Positions 13,578 to 25,800 of a stretch of 64,000 bases of DNA are shown in pieces. The DNA is from Ranitomeya imitator (Eukaryota). The position numbers and the translations under genes were made by a program. How positions within the stretch are numbered: position 1 is the first letter of the stretch; every line of letters starts with the position of its first letter. Location: positions 215,202,001 through 215,266,000 of the forward strand of contig NC_091288.1 of assembly GCF_032444005.1 (NCBI RefSeq). Reading direction: 5' to 3'. A model generated the notes under the pieces. That model was given only the letters and a program-made list of their open reading frames with translations, searched no databases and had not been told where the DNA came from.

Positions 13578-16333
13578 CATAGTAACATAGTAACATAGTT
13601 AGTAAGGCCGAAAAAAGACATTTGTCCATCCAGTTCAGCCTATATTCCATCATAATAAATACCCAGATCTACGTCCTTCTACAGAACCTAATAATTGTAT
13701 GATACAATATTGTTCTGCTCCAAGAAGACATCCAGGCCTCTCTTGAACCCCTCGACTGAGTTCGCCATCACCACCTCCTCAGGCAAGCAATTCCAGATTC
13801 TCACTGCCCTAACAGTAAAGAATCCTCTTCTATGTTGGTGGAAAAACCTTCTCTCCTCCAGACGCAAAGAATGCCCCCTTGTGCCCGTCACCTTCCTTGG
13901 TATAAACAGATCCTCAGCGAGATATTTGTATTGTCCCCTTATATACTTATACATGGTTATTAGATCGCCCCTCAGTCGTCTTTTTTCTAGACTAAATAAT
14001 CCTAATTTCGCTAATCTATCTGGGTATTGTAGTTCTCCCATCCCCTTTATTAATTTTGTTGCCCTCCTTTGTACTCTCTCTAGTTCCATTATATCCTTCC
14101 TGAGCACCGGTGCCCAAAACTGGACACAGTACTCCATGTGCGGTCTAACTAGGGATTTGTACAGAGGCAGTATAATGCTCTCATCATGTGTATCCAGACC
14201 TCTTTTAATGCACCCCATGATCCTGTTTGCCTTGGCAGCTGCTGCCTGGCACTGGCTGCTCCAGGTAAGTTTATCATTAACTAGGATCCCCAAGTCCTTC
14301 TCCCTGTCAGATTTACCCAGTGGTTTCCCGTTCAGTGTGTAATGGTGATATTGATTCCCTCTTCCCATGTGTATAACCTTACATTTATCATTGTTAAACC
14401 TCATCTGCCACCTTTCAGCCCAAGTTTCCAACTTATCCAGATCCATCTGTAGCAGAATACTATCTTCTCTTGTATTAACTGCTTTACATAGTTTTGTATC
14501 ATCTGCAAATATCGATATTTTACTGTGTAAACCTTCTACCAGATCATTAATGAATATGTTGAAGAGAACAGGTCCCAATACTGACCCCTGCGGTACCCCA
14601 CTGGTCACTTCGACCCAGTTAGAGACTATACCATTTATAACCACCCTCTGCTTTCTATCACTAAGCCAGTTACTAACCCATTTACACACATTTTCCCCCA
14701 GACCAAGCATTCTCATTTTGTGTACCAACCTCTTGTGCGGCACGGTATCAAACGCTTTGGAAAAATCGAGATATACCACGTCCAATGACTCACCGTGGTC
14801 CAGTCTATAGCTTACCTCTTCATAAAAACTGATTAGATTGGTTTGACAGGAGCGATTTCTCATAAACCCATGCTGATATGGAGTTAAACAGTTATTCTCA
14901 TTGAGATAATCCAGAATAACATCCCTCAGAAACCCTTCAAATATTTTACCAACAATAGAGGTTAGACTTACTGGCCTATAATTTCCAGGTTCACTTTTAG
15001 AGCCCTTTTTGAATATTGGCACCACATTTGCTATGCGCCAGTCCTGCGGAACAGACCCTGTTGCTATAGAGTCACTAAAAATAAGAAATAATGGTTTATC
15101 TATTACATTACTTAGTTCTCTTAGTACTCGTGGGTGTATGCCATCCGGACCCGGAGATTTATCTATTTTAATCTTATTTAGCCGGTTTCGCACCTCTTCT
15201 TGGGTTAGATTGGTGACCCTTAATATAGGGTTTTCATTGTTTCTTGGGATTTCACCTAGCATTTCATTTTCCACCGTGAATACCGTGGAGAAGAAGGTGT
15301 TTAATATGTTAGCTTTTTCCTCGTCATCTACAACCATTCTTTCCTCACTATTTTTTAAGGGGCCTACATTTTCAGTTTTTATTCTTTTACTATTGATATA
15401 GTTGAAGAACAGTTTGGGATTAGTTTTACTCTCCTTAGCAATGTGCTTCTCTGTTTCCTTTTTGGCAGCTTTAATTAGTTTTTTAGATAAAGTATTTTTC
15501 TCCCTATAGTTTTTTAGAGCTTCAATGGTGCCATCCTGCTTTAGTAGTGCAAATGCTTTCTTTTTACTGTTAATTGCCTGTCTTACTTCTTTGTTTAGCC
15601 ACATTGGGTTTTTCCTATTTCTAGTCCTTTTATTCCCACAAGGTATAAACCGCTTACACTGCCTATTTAGGATGTTCTTAAACATTTCCCATTTATTATC
15701 TGTATTCTCATTTCTGAGGATATTGTCCCAGTCTACCAGATTAAGGGCATCTCTAAGCTGTTCAAACTTTGCCTTCCTAAAGTTCAATGTTTTTGTGACT
15801 CCCTGACAAGTCCCCCTAGTGAAAGACAGGTGAAACTGCACAATATTGTGGTCGCTATTTCCTAAATGCCCAACCACCTGCAGATTTGTTATTCTGTCAG
15901 GTCTATTAGATAGTATTAGGTCTAAAAGTGCTGCTCCTCTGGTTGGATTCTGCACCAATTGTGAAAGATAATTTTTCTTGGTTATTAGCAGAAACCTGTT
16001 GCCTTTATGGGTTTCACAGGTTTCTGTTTCCCAGTTAATATCCGGGTAGTTAAAGTCCCCCATAACCAGGACCTCATTATGGGTTGCAGCTTCATCTATC
16101 TGCTTTAGAAGTAGACTTTCCATGGTTTCTGTTATATTTGGGGGTTTGTAACAGACCCCAATGAGAATTTTGTTACCATTTTTCCCTCCATGAATTTCAA
16201 CCCATATGGACTCGACATCCTCATTCCCTTCGCCAGTATCCTCCCTTAAAGTGGACTTTAGACAAGACTTTACATAGAGACAAACCCCTCCTCCTCTCCG
16301 ATTTTTACGATCCTTTCTAAACAGACTGTAACA
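13578..16333 (-). mobile_element. 5'-truncated CR1 LINE with uninterrupted ORF2 remnant (C-terminal part of APE plus complete RT; ORF 16339-13688)
   Basis: GVCYKPP, MGDFN and SDH endonuclease motifs; RT motifs YLDFSKAFD, GVPQGS, FADD; CR1-type C-terminus LFSLEKRRLRGD; 8-bp (CTATGTTA)n tail; likely TSD GACCAT (13575-13580, 16334-16339). Confidence 0.95.
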
Positions 16334-16811
16334 GACCATGACTGGTCTGTCTATGATCAGTGCTGTATACGATCTGCTTATCTACCCAGCAACCATGACC
16401 TGTCTGCCTATGATAAGCAGATAATGTACGGCGCTGATCTACCCAGCGACCATGACCTTGCCCGTCTGGTCAGTGACCTGCTCCTCTGCCGTCCATGGCT
16501 GTCCATGAGCTGCCCGTGCCCCCGCTCTAGTGATCAGTGACCTTCTTACCCCCCCGTTGGTGCCCGTACTTAGTTTTCCCATTAGTGCTGAGGGCCCATA
16601 CAGGACCGGCTCGCGTGTCAGTGCTCGTACGTGACTTCTGTATTCCATGACGGGTGATTTCAGGCTTCTTTCATACATGAGTAAAAATAAAGGTTCCGGT
16701 TATAAAGTCCTGGGGTTATAGATATATCTGTATATGGAAGTTGAGGCCCAGCAACAGGTGGCAGCAGCAGGGATGGGGGGGGGGGGGGGGGGGTGAAGGC
16801 TTCATCCGTGG

Positions 16812-19800
16812 TCAGACCGCCTGCTCCTCAGCGTTGTTGGGTTGCTGTAGCATGTTCGTGCCGTCCATGGTGGAAGGCACATAAAACATGGGCTGTGCGG
16901 AGTCTGTGGCAGATGACGTTGGTAGTGCGGTGCGGGACGATCGCGCGGAATGACTCGCAGGCCCTGGACGGAGAGAGGTAGAGACAGTACTTCTAATGCC
17001 CCTGCACTGTTATTAGGGTTAGTGGCCCTTTAAGCTGCGCGGCTTACATGAGGTGGGGCTGCTGGAGTTCCTGCAGTGTGGGGTAGCAGAGCGCGCTCTC
17101 TCCACTGGAATCCTGTATGGCGGCTGTGGGGTCTTCACTGATGGGGGGGAGAAGTCACCAGTCAGACCAGAGTCGACAATATAAAGGATTAAACAGTTGG
17201 TCCGCAGAGCTGACACTCACCGGGGGCGTCCCTCTCCGCAGTGTAAGCCGTGTGACTCTTGTCCAGCCGTCCCTTGTACATGACACCGTCAATCCCCATC
17301 AGGTCATACTCTGTCTGCGGTGCACAGGGGAAAAGTAACAAAAGGACTCAATCTCTCATATCCATAAAGTTTGCGAACCCTTCAGAATCTACTTTTAAGA
17401 TTTTTGTGAAAATCAGATGTAGTTTTAGGCAAAATTTATACGGAAATAAGGAAAATACTGAAGGGTTCACAGACTTTTAAGCAACACTCTATATGTGATG
17501 TCCACACTTACGTTCTTGTACTGGATTTGCCCGGGGTCTCCGTACGGGAACACCGTGCTGAGGTTTTGGTTGCGCGATGACTTCCGGTGGATTGAGCAGG
17601 CGCTGTGGGGTCTCGGGGACTCGCTGTACTGGAGTTCGGGGTCTGACATCTGTAACGGGTTTCTGAAAAGATGAGTCCATGAGAACACAGGGTTAATATG
17701 ATTGGTGGCATAAGTGGTCCATAGTCCTGTACACACAGGTAGGACAGATCTGGTGATCTACAGCAGGTGGTCGGCCCCACCGAGGAGACTGACAACCATT
17801 CTCCTGTTCATGTATAGAAATGTGTTCAGCACTGATATCAGACGCACATACCCGGGGGTCTTGTAATCTCTGCTCCGGGGATTCAGAGAACGCACCGTAA
17901 CCAGGTGTCTGCAGAACAGAGATATTCACAAATGGACATTAGATACATAGATGGGTACTAGGTTTGGTCGTAGGATCGGTAGTAGGGCGAGTACTAGGTT
18001 CAGTCGTAGGATCGGTAGCGGGGCGAGTACTAGGCTCAGTCTTGGGATCGGTAGCGGGGCGAGTACTAGGCTCAGTCTTGGGATCGGTAGCGGGGCGAGT
18101 ACTAGGCTCAGTCTTGGGATCGGTAGCGGGGCGAGTACTAGGCTCAGTCTTGGGATCGGTAGCGGGGCGAGTACTAGGCTCAGTCTTGGGATCGGTAGCG
18201 GGGCGAGTACTAGGCTCAGTCTTGGGATCGGTAGCGGGGCGAGTACTAGGCTCAGTCTTGGGATCGGTAGCGGGGCGAGTACTAGGCTCAGTCTTGGGAT
18301 CGGTAGCGGGGCGAGTACTCACGGTGCAGTTGCTATGGTTACAGGACGGTCACATGAGATGCACTTGACTCTCTCGAACAGTTTCCTGTGAATACACAAT
18401 GTCTGATAAGTGCTAGCCGGCAGATTTCCCGTCACGATATGAAGGTACTGACTGTCACAAAGGTTAGGATTTTGGTGGGTCTGTGAGTGGCCGTTTCGCC
18501 GATCCCCTGGCTTCATCTACACCCAGTGTCAGTCTTAGAATTCCCTTCATGCTCAGAATGAACAGTTACAGGGCGCCCCCTGCTGGACAGCGCCTCGGTG
18601 CAGGGGTCTGTGAACATGATTCTGCTTTATGTCAATTCCACTCTCAATCATTGGGGAGCGTGAAACATGCGCGCACCACTCACTTCCTGAAGCCCGCTAC
18701 CCCATCAGGATCGAAGGTCTGGCTGGAGCTGAGATGCTTCTTCAGGAATTTCCAGAGCTCCTCTAGGTCCTTGTGAACAGAGTCCAAATCCGACCGGCTC
18801 AACTAGAAGATGCACAAAATGCTTAAATCAAATAGAATGAACAGGCTGCACAGCAGCACAGAGTATTTCAGGAGATGAATGTGTTAGAGATAACAGTGTT
18901 TGCCTCTATCCCTGGGCCATTATCTCCTGTGGACTCATGATAGGGTCTGGTGTGTTTCCTAGCGATGATGATTGCTTAGCCAGGAACAAAGGTCTTAGAG
19001 CACAGGGCGCTGGTGCGAGGACAGGGCGCTGGTGCGAGGACAGGGCTCTGGTGAGAGGAAAGGACGCTGGTGAGAGGACAGGGCTCTGGTGCGAGGACAG
19101 GGCTCTGGTGAGAGGACAGGGCTCTGGTGAGAGGACAGGGCTCTGGTGAGAGGACAGGGCTCTGGTGAGAGGACAGGGCGCTGGTGAGAGGACAGGGCGC
19201 TGGTGCGAGGACAGGGCTCTGGTGAGAGGACAGGGCTCTGGTGAGAGGACAGGGCTCTGGTGCGAGGACAGGGCTCTGGTGAGAGGACAGGGCTCTGGTG
19301 AGAGGAAAGGGCGCTGGTGAGAGGACAGGGCTCTGGTGAGAGGACAGGGCGCTGGTGAGAGGACAGGGCTCTGGTGAGAAGACAGGGCTCTGGTGCGAGG
19401 ACAGGGCTCTGGTGCGAGGACAGGGCTCTGGTGCGAGGACAGGGCTCTGGTGAGAGGACAGGTCTCTGGTGAGAGGACAGGGCTCTGGTGAGAGGACAGG
19501 GCTCTGGTGAGAGGACAGGGCTCTGGTGAGAGGACAGGGCTCTGGTGAGAGGACAGGGCTCTGGTGAGAGGACAGGGCTCTGGTGAGAGGACAGGGCTCT
19601 GGTGAGAGGACAGGGCGCTGGTGCGAGGACAGGGCGCTGGTGCGAGGACGGCTCTGGTGCGAGGACAGGGCGCTGGTGCGAGGACGGCGCTGGTGCGAGG
19701 ACAGGGCGCTGGTGCGAGGACAGGGCGCTGGTGCGAGGACAGGGCGCTGGTGAGAGGACAGGGCTCTGATGAGAGGACAGGGCTCTGGTGAGAGGACAGG

Positions 19801-22800
19801 GCTCTGGTGCGAGGACAGGGCTCTGGTGCGAGGACAGGGCGCTGGTGCGAGGACAGGGCGCTGGTGCGAGGACAGGGCGCTGGTGCGAGGACAGGGCGCT
19901 GGTGCGAGGACAGGGCTCTGGTGCGAGGACAGGGCTCTGGTGCGAGGGCAGGCTGCTGGGGAGAGGACAGGGTGCTGGTGCGAGGACAGGCTGCTGGGGA
20001 GAGGACAGGGTGCTGGTGCGAGGACAGGCTGCTGGGGAGAGGACAGGGTGCTGGTGAGAAGACGGGGTGCTGGTGCGAGGACGGGGCGCTGGTGTGAGGG
20101 CAGGCTGCTGGGGAGAGGACAGGGCGCTGGTGCGAGGGCAGGCTGCTGGGGAGAGGACAGGGCGCTGGTGCGAGGGCAGGCTGCTGGGGAGAGGATAGGG
20201 CTCTGGTGAGAAGACGGGGCGCTAGTGCGAGGACAGGTTGCTAGTGAGAGGATGGCGCTGGTACAAGGAGAACAAGGCGTTGGGAGGACAGGGCGCTGGT
20301 GCGAGGACAATGTGCGAGGGCAGGCTGCTGGGGAGAGTACAGCGTTCTGGTGCGAGGGCAGGGCACTGGTGAGAGGACAGGGCTCTGGTGCGAGGACGCC
20401 GCTGGTGAGAACACGGTTCTGGTGTGAGGACAGGCTGCTGGGGAGAGGACAGGGTTCTGGTGCGAGGACAGGCCACTGGTGAGAAGACGGGGCGCTGGTG
20501 CGAGGACAGGGCACTGGTGAGAACACAGGGTTCTGGTGCGAGGGCAGGCCACTGGTGAGAAGACGGGGCGCTGATGCGAGGACAGGGCACTGGTGAGAAC
20601 ACAGGGTTCTGGTGCGAGGGCAGGGCACTGGTGAGAGGACAGGGCTCTGGTGCGAGGGCAGGGCACTGGTGAGAGGACAGGGCTCTGGTGCGAGGGCAGG
20701 GCACTGGTGAGAGGACAGGGCTCTGGTGCGAGGACAGGCCACTGGTGAGAGGACAGGGCTCTGGTGCGAGGACGGCGCTGGTGAGAACACAGTTCTGGTG
20801 TGAGGGCAGGGCGCTGGTGCGAGGACAGATTGCTAGTGAGAGGATGGCGCTGGTACAAGGAGGACAAGGCGTTGGGAGGACAGGGCGCTGGTGCGAGGAC
20901 AAGGTGCTGGTGAGAGCACGGTGCTGGTGAGAGCACGGTGCTGGTGAGAGCACGGTGCTGGTGGGAGCACAGGGCTGTGGTGCGAGGTCACTGCATGGTC
21001 AGAGCATAGGCCTCTGGTGCGATGGCACAGCGCCAACTGACGGCTTCACAGTAATGCGTATTGTAAGGGGTTGATTGTGATGTCATGCCTAGAGTTGAGC
21101 AAATATGTTCGGAAAAAGATTGCCGAATCCAAATGTGCCATGTTCCTACCATATTTGTACCATATTCGTGCCGAATTTATGTTTGATGATCGGTTCCGAA
21201 CATACTGTATTCCTTAATTTCTACTCCCATTGACTCCAATAATGCAAAAAACAATATTCGGCGCCGATCATAATCTGAACGAGACTTTCAAAAATTTGCT
21301 AAACTCTAGTCATGGCGGCCCTGTTAATCTCCCACAATGCACCACAGGGCCGTGCACAGCGGCTGTGTATACTGTTACCTTGGCCTCTAGCCCCGCCAGG
21401 AGCTTGGCCAGCATGTTCTGCCACTCCGACTCCTGCACCGCCAGTTTCTTGATCAAAGCCTCCAGCACGGCATTAACCTCGCTGACCGCGGCCTCCAGGT
21501 CTGCATGGCCCACCAGGGTCTCCAGTGCCCGCCTGTCCGCCTTCTGTAAACAAGACCCTGACGTCACCCAAGTCTCTTACAGTTCTGGTGTGACTGGAGC
21601 ATAAGAAGATATGTGTGGTGAACCCGGGCCCCAACATAACTTCTGAACTTGCGTCTCATGTACAGTCTGGCCCCCTCACACCACGTCTCATGTACAGTCT
21701 GGGCCCCCTCACACCAAGTCTCATGTACAATCCGGGCCCCCTCAGACCAAGTCTCATGTACAATCCAGGGCCCCTCACACCACGGCTCTTGTACAATCCG
21801 GGCCCCCTCACACCACGTCTCATGTACAGTCTGGGCCCCCTCACACCACGTCTCATGTACAATCCAGGGCCCCTCACACCAAGTCTCATGTACAATCTGG
21901 GCCCCCTCACACCACGGCTCTTGTACAATCCAGGGCCCCTCACACCACGGCTCTTGTACAATCTGGGCCCCCTCACACCACATCCCATGTACAATCCGGG
22001 CCCCTTCACACTATGTCTCATGTACAATCCGGGCCCCCTCACACCACGTCTCATGTAAAATCCGGGGCCCCTCACACCACGGCTCTTGTACAATCCAGGG
22101 CCCCTCACACCACGGCTCTTGTACAATCTGGGCCCCCTCACACTATGTCTCATGTACAATCCGGGCCCCCTCACACCACGTCTCATGTACAATCCGGGCC
22201 CCCTCACACCACGTCTCATGTACAATCTGGGCCCCCTCACACCACGTCTTCTGTACAATCCGGGCCCCCTCACACCACGGCTCTTGTACAATCCAGGGGC
22301 CCTCACACCACGTCCCATGTACAATCTGGGCCCCCTCACACCACATCCCATGTACAATCTGGGCCCCCTCACACCACGTCCCATGTACAATCTGGGCCCC
22401 CTCACACCACGGCTCATGTACAATCTGGGCCCCCTCACACCACGTCTCATGTACAATCTGGGCCCCCTCACACCACATCCCATGTACAATCTGGGCCCCC
22501 TCACACCACGTCCCATGTACAATCTGGGCCCCCTCACACCACGGCTCATGTACAATCTGGGCCCCCTCACACCACGGCTCTTGTACAATCCAGGGCCCCT
22601 CACACCACGTCCCATGTACAATCTGGGCCCCCTCACACCACGTCCCATGTACAATCTGGGCCCCCTCACACCACGTCCCATGTACAATCTGGGCCCCCTC
22701 ACACCACGTCCCATGTACAATCTGGGCCCCCTCACACCACGGCTCATGTACAATCTGGGCCCCCTCACACCACGGCTCTTGTACAATCCGGGGCCCCTCA

Positions 22801-25800
22801 CACCACGTCCCATGTACAATCTGGGCCCCCTCACACCACGGCTCTTGTACAATCCGGGGCCCCTGTGATAGATACACACGTACCAGATTCAGCTCCAACA
22901 TAAAATCTGCCTGATCCAACTTTTTCTTCTCCAGCTCATCAATCTGACTCTGAAGGGTCTGTAAGGAGAGGTATCACACGTGATGGATTAGATACGCGGC
23001 TCAGCAGACGTTTCCCTCTCACATCCCACAACCATGAATAACACCGTCTGCTGCGCTCCCTCACCGCGGTCTCGGACAGATCGTTTGCCAGCTTGTCAGT
23101 CTTACTATCCAGTCGTTGTAGCGCCATATTCAGATCATGGAGTCCATTCTTCAGGGCGCTAAAGTCAACCTTGTCCTGAAAGTGAGGAAAAAGTCACGGA
23201 AGATTGATCGAGCCGCAGCGGAAACATCACTGTCCGAGGTCTCACAAGACGTCACCTTCCGATTCTCAGCGAAGAGAGCGTCCACATCCTGCCGGACGCT
23301 CCGTAACTGCTGGAGCAAATCTTCAGGAATAAGGTTCTTACCTGCAATCAGAATACATAGGGGGCACTCTTATAGCAGTTATATTCTTGTACATAGGAGC
23401 AGTATTATAGCAGTTATATTCTTGTACATAGGAGCAGTATTATAGTAGTTATATTCTTGTACATAGGAGCAGTATTATAGTAGTTATATTCTTGTACATA
23501 GGGGCAGTATTATAGTAGTTATATTCTTGTACATAGGAGCAGTATTATAGTAGTTATATTCTTGTACATAGGGGCAGTATTATAGTAGTTATATTCTTGT
23601 ACATAGGAGCAGTATTATAGTAGTTATATTCTTGTACATAGGGGCAGTATTATAGTAGTTATATTCTTGTACATAGGAGCAGTATTATAGTAGTTATATT
23701 CTTGTACATAGGGGCAGTATTATAGTAGTTATATTCTTGTACATAGGAGCAGTATTATAGTAGTTATATTCTTGTACATAGGGGCAGTATTATAGTAGTT
23801 ATATTCTTGTACATAGGAGCAGTGTTGTGAATTCTGTGGCTGAGTTCACTTCTGTGGTCACAAGTGGTATTGCAGTCTCTGGGCTTCCTTCCTCAGGTGT
23901 TTTGGTGAGCTCGTTGGCTGCCTTGCTATTTAGCTCCACCTGAGTCTGTCTTCCTTGCTCCTTGTCAATGTTCCAGTGTTGGATCTGAGCTACTGCATCT
24001 TTCCTTGGGCCTGCTGCTTTGCTAGATAAGTGCTTCTAGTTTGTTTTCTGTTTTTTCTGTCCAGCTTGCTATTAACTTTTGCTGGAAGCTCTGAGAAGCA
24101 AAGGGGTGCACCGCCGTGCTGTTAGTTCGGCACGGTGGGTCTTTTTGCCCCTTTGCGTGGTTTTCGTTTTAGGGTTTTTTGTAGACTGCATAGTTCTCTT
24201 TGCTATCCTCGCTCTGTCTAGAATATCGGGCCTCACTTTTCTGAATCTATTTCATTCCTACGTTTGTCTTTTCATCTTGCTAACAGTCATTATATGTGGG
24301 GGGCTGCCTATTCCTTTGGGGTATTTCTCTGAGGTAAGTCAGGCTTGTATTTCTATCTTCAGGCTAGTCAGCTCCTCAGGCAGTGCCGAGTTGCATAGGT
24401 AGTGATAGGCGCAATCCACTGCTGCTTATAGTTGTGTGAGGATAGATCAGGTACTGCAGTCTACAGAGATTCCACGTCTCAGAGCTCGTCCTATTGTTTT
24501 TGGTTATTGCCAGATCTCTGTATGTGCGCTGATTACTGCACGCTGTGTTGCCTGATTGCCAGCCATAACAGTACAAGGAGCCAAACCAATGATTCCCAAT
24601 AGAGGGAAAAAAGAAATCCTGACATCATTTTTTTTTCTTAGCTCTGTCTTCAGTCTTTTTTTTCCCCTAGACATTAGAGTGCTTCAGGACACAGCTGTGG
24701 ACATGGATATTCAGGGTCTGTGCTCCTCAATGGATAATCTCGTTGTAAATGTACAAAAGATTCAAGATACTATTGATCAGAAATCGATGCTAGAACCAAG
24801 AATTCCGATTCCTGATTTGTTTTTTGGTGACAGAACTAAGTTCCTGAGCTTCAGAAATAATTGTAAGCTATTTTTGGCCTTGAAACCTCATTCTTCTGGT
24901 AATCCTATTCAACAGGTTTTGATTATTATTTCTTTTTTGCGCGGCGACCCACAGGACTGGGCGTTTTCTCTTGCACCAGGAGATTCTGCATTGAGTAATG
25001 TTGATGCATTTTTCCAGGCGCTGGGATTGCTTTACGATGAGCCTAATTCAGTGGATCAGGCTGAGAAAAATCTGCTGGCTTTATGCCAGGGTCAGGATGA
25101 TATAGAAATATATTGTCAGAAATTTAGGAAGTGGTCAGTGCTCACTCTGTGGAATGAATCTGCGCTGGCAGCTATGTTCAGAAAGGGTCTCTCTGAAGCT
25201 CTTAAGGATGTAATGGTGGGATTTCCTATGCCTGCTGGTTTGAATGAGTCTATGTCCTTGGCCATTCAGATCGGTCGTCGCTTCCTCGAGCGTAAATCTG
25301 TGCACCATCTGGCGGTACTGCCTGAGAGTAAACCTGAGCCTATGCAGTGCGACAGGACTATGACTAAAGTAGAACGGCAAGAACACAGACGTCTGAACAG
25401 ACTGTGTTTCTATTGTGGTGATTCTACTCATGCTATTTCTAATTGTCCTAAACGCACTAGGCGGTTCGATAGCTCTGCCGTTATTGGTACTGTACAGTCC
25501 AAATTCCTTTTGTCCATTACCTTAATGTGCTCTTTGTCATCGTATTCTGTCATGGCGTTTGTGGATTCAGGCGCTGCCCTGAATCTGATGGATTTGGATT
25601 ATGCTAAACGTTGTGGATTTTTCTTGGAGCCTTTGCGGTGTCCTATTCCGTTGAGAGGAATTGATGCTACACCTTTGGCCAAGAATAAGCCTCAGTACTG
25701 GGCCCAGCTGACCATGTGCATGGCTCCTGCACATCAGGAAGTTATTCGCTTTCTGGTACTGCATAATTTGCATGATGTGGTCGTGTTGGGGTTGCCATGG

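Noticed and set aside
16772-16793. Long poly-G run after the C16orf96 stop codon
   Set aside because: Simple homopolymer with unreliable length; no evidence of function.
17939-18391. Mucin-like [12 protein letters not shown] repeat ORFs
   Set aside because: 36-bp intronic repeat with no splice signals linking it to the gene.
18976-22919. Long repetitive ORFs (604, 421, 407, 296 aa and others)
   Set aside because: Products of the 19-bp and 33-bp intronic minisatellites, open in several frames on both strands.
24079-24402. Duplicated 107-aa hydrophobic ORF (also 30630-30953), possible env-like or membrane protein
   Set aside because: Lies within the T-rich LTR, starts at a non-ATG codon and is duplicated only because the LTRs are.
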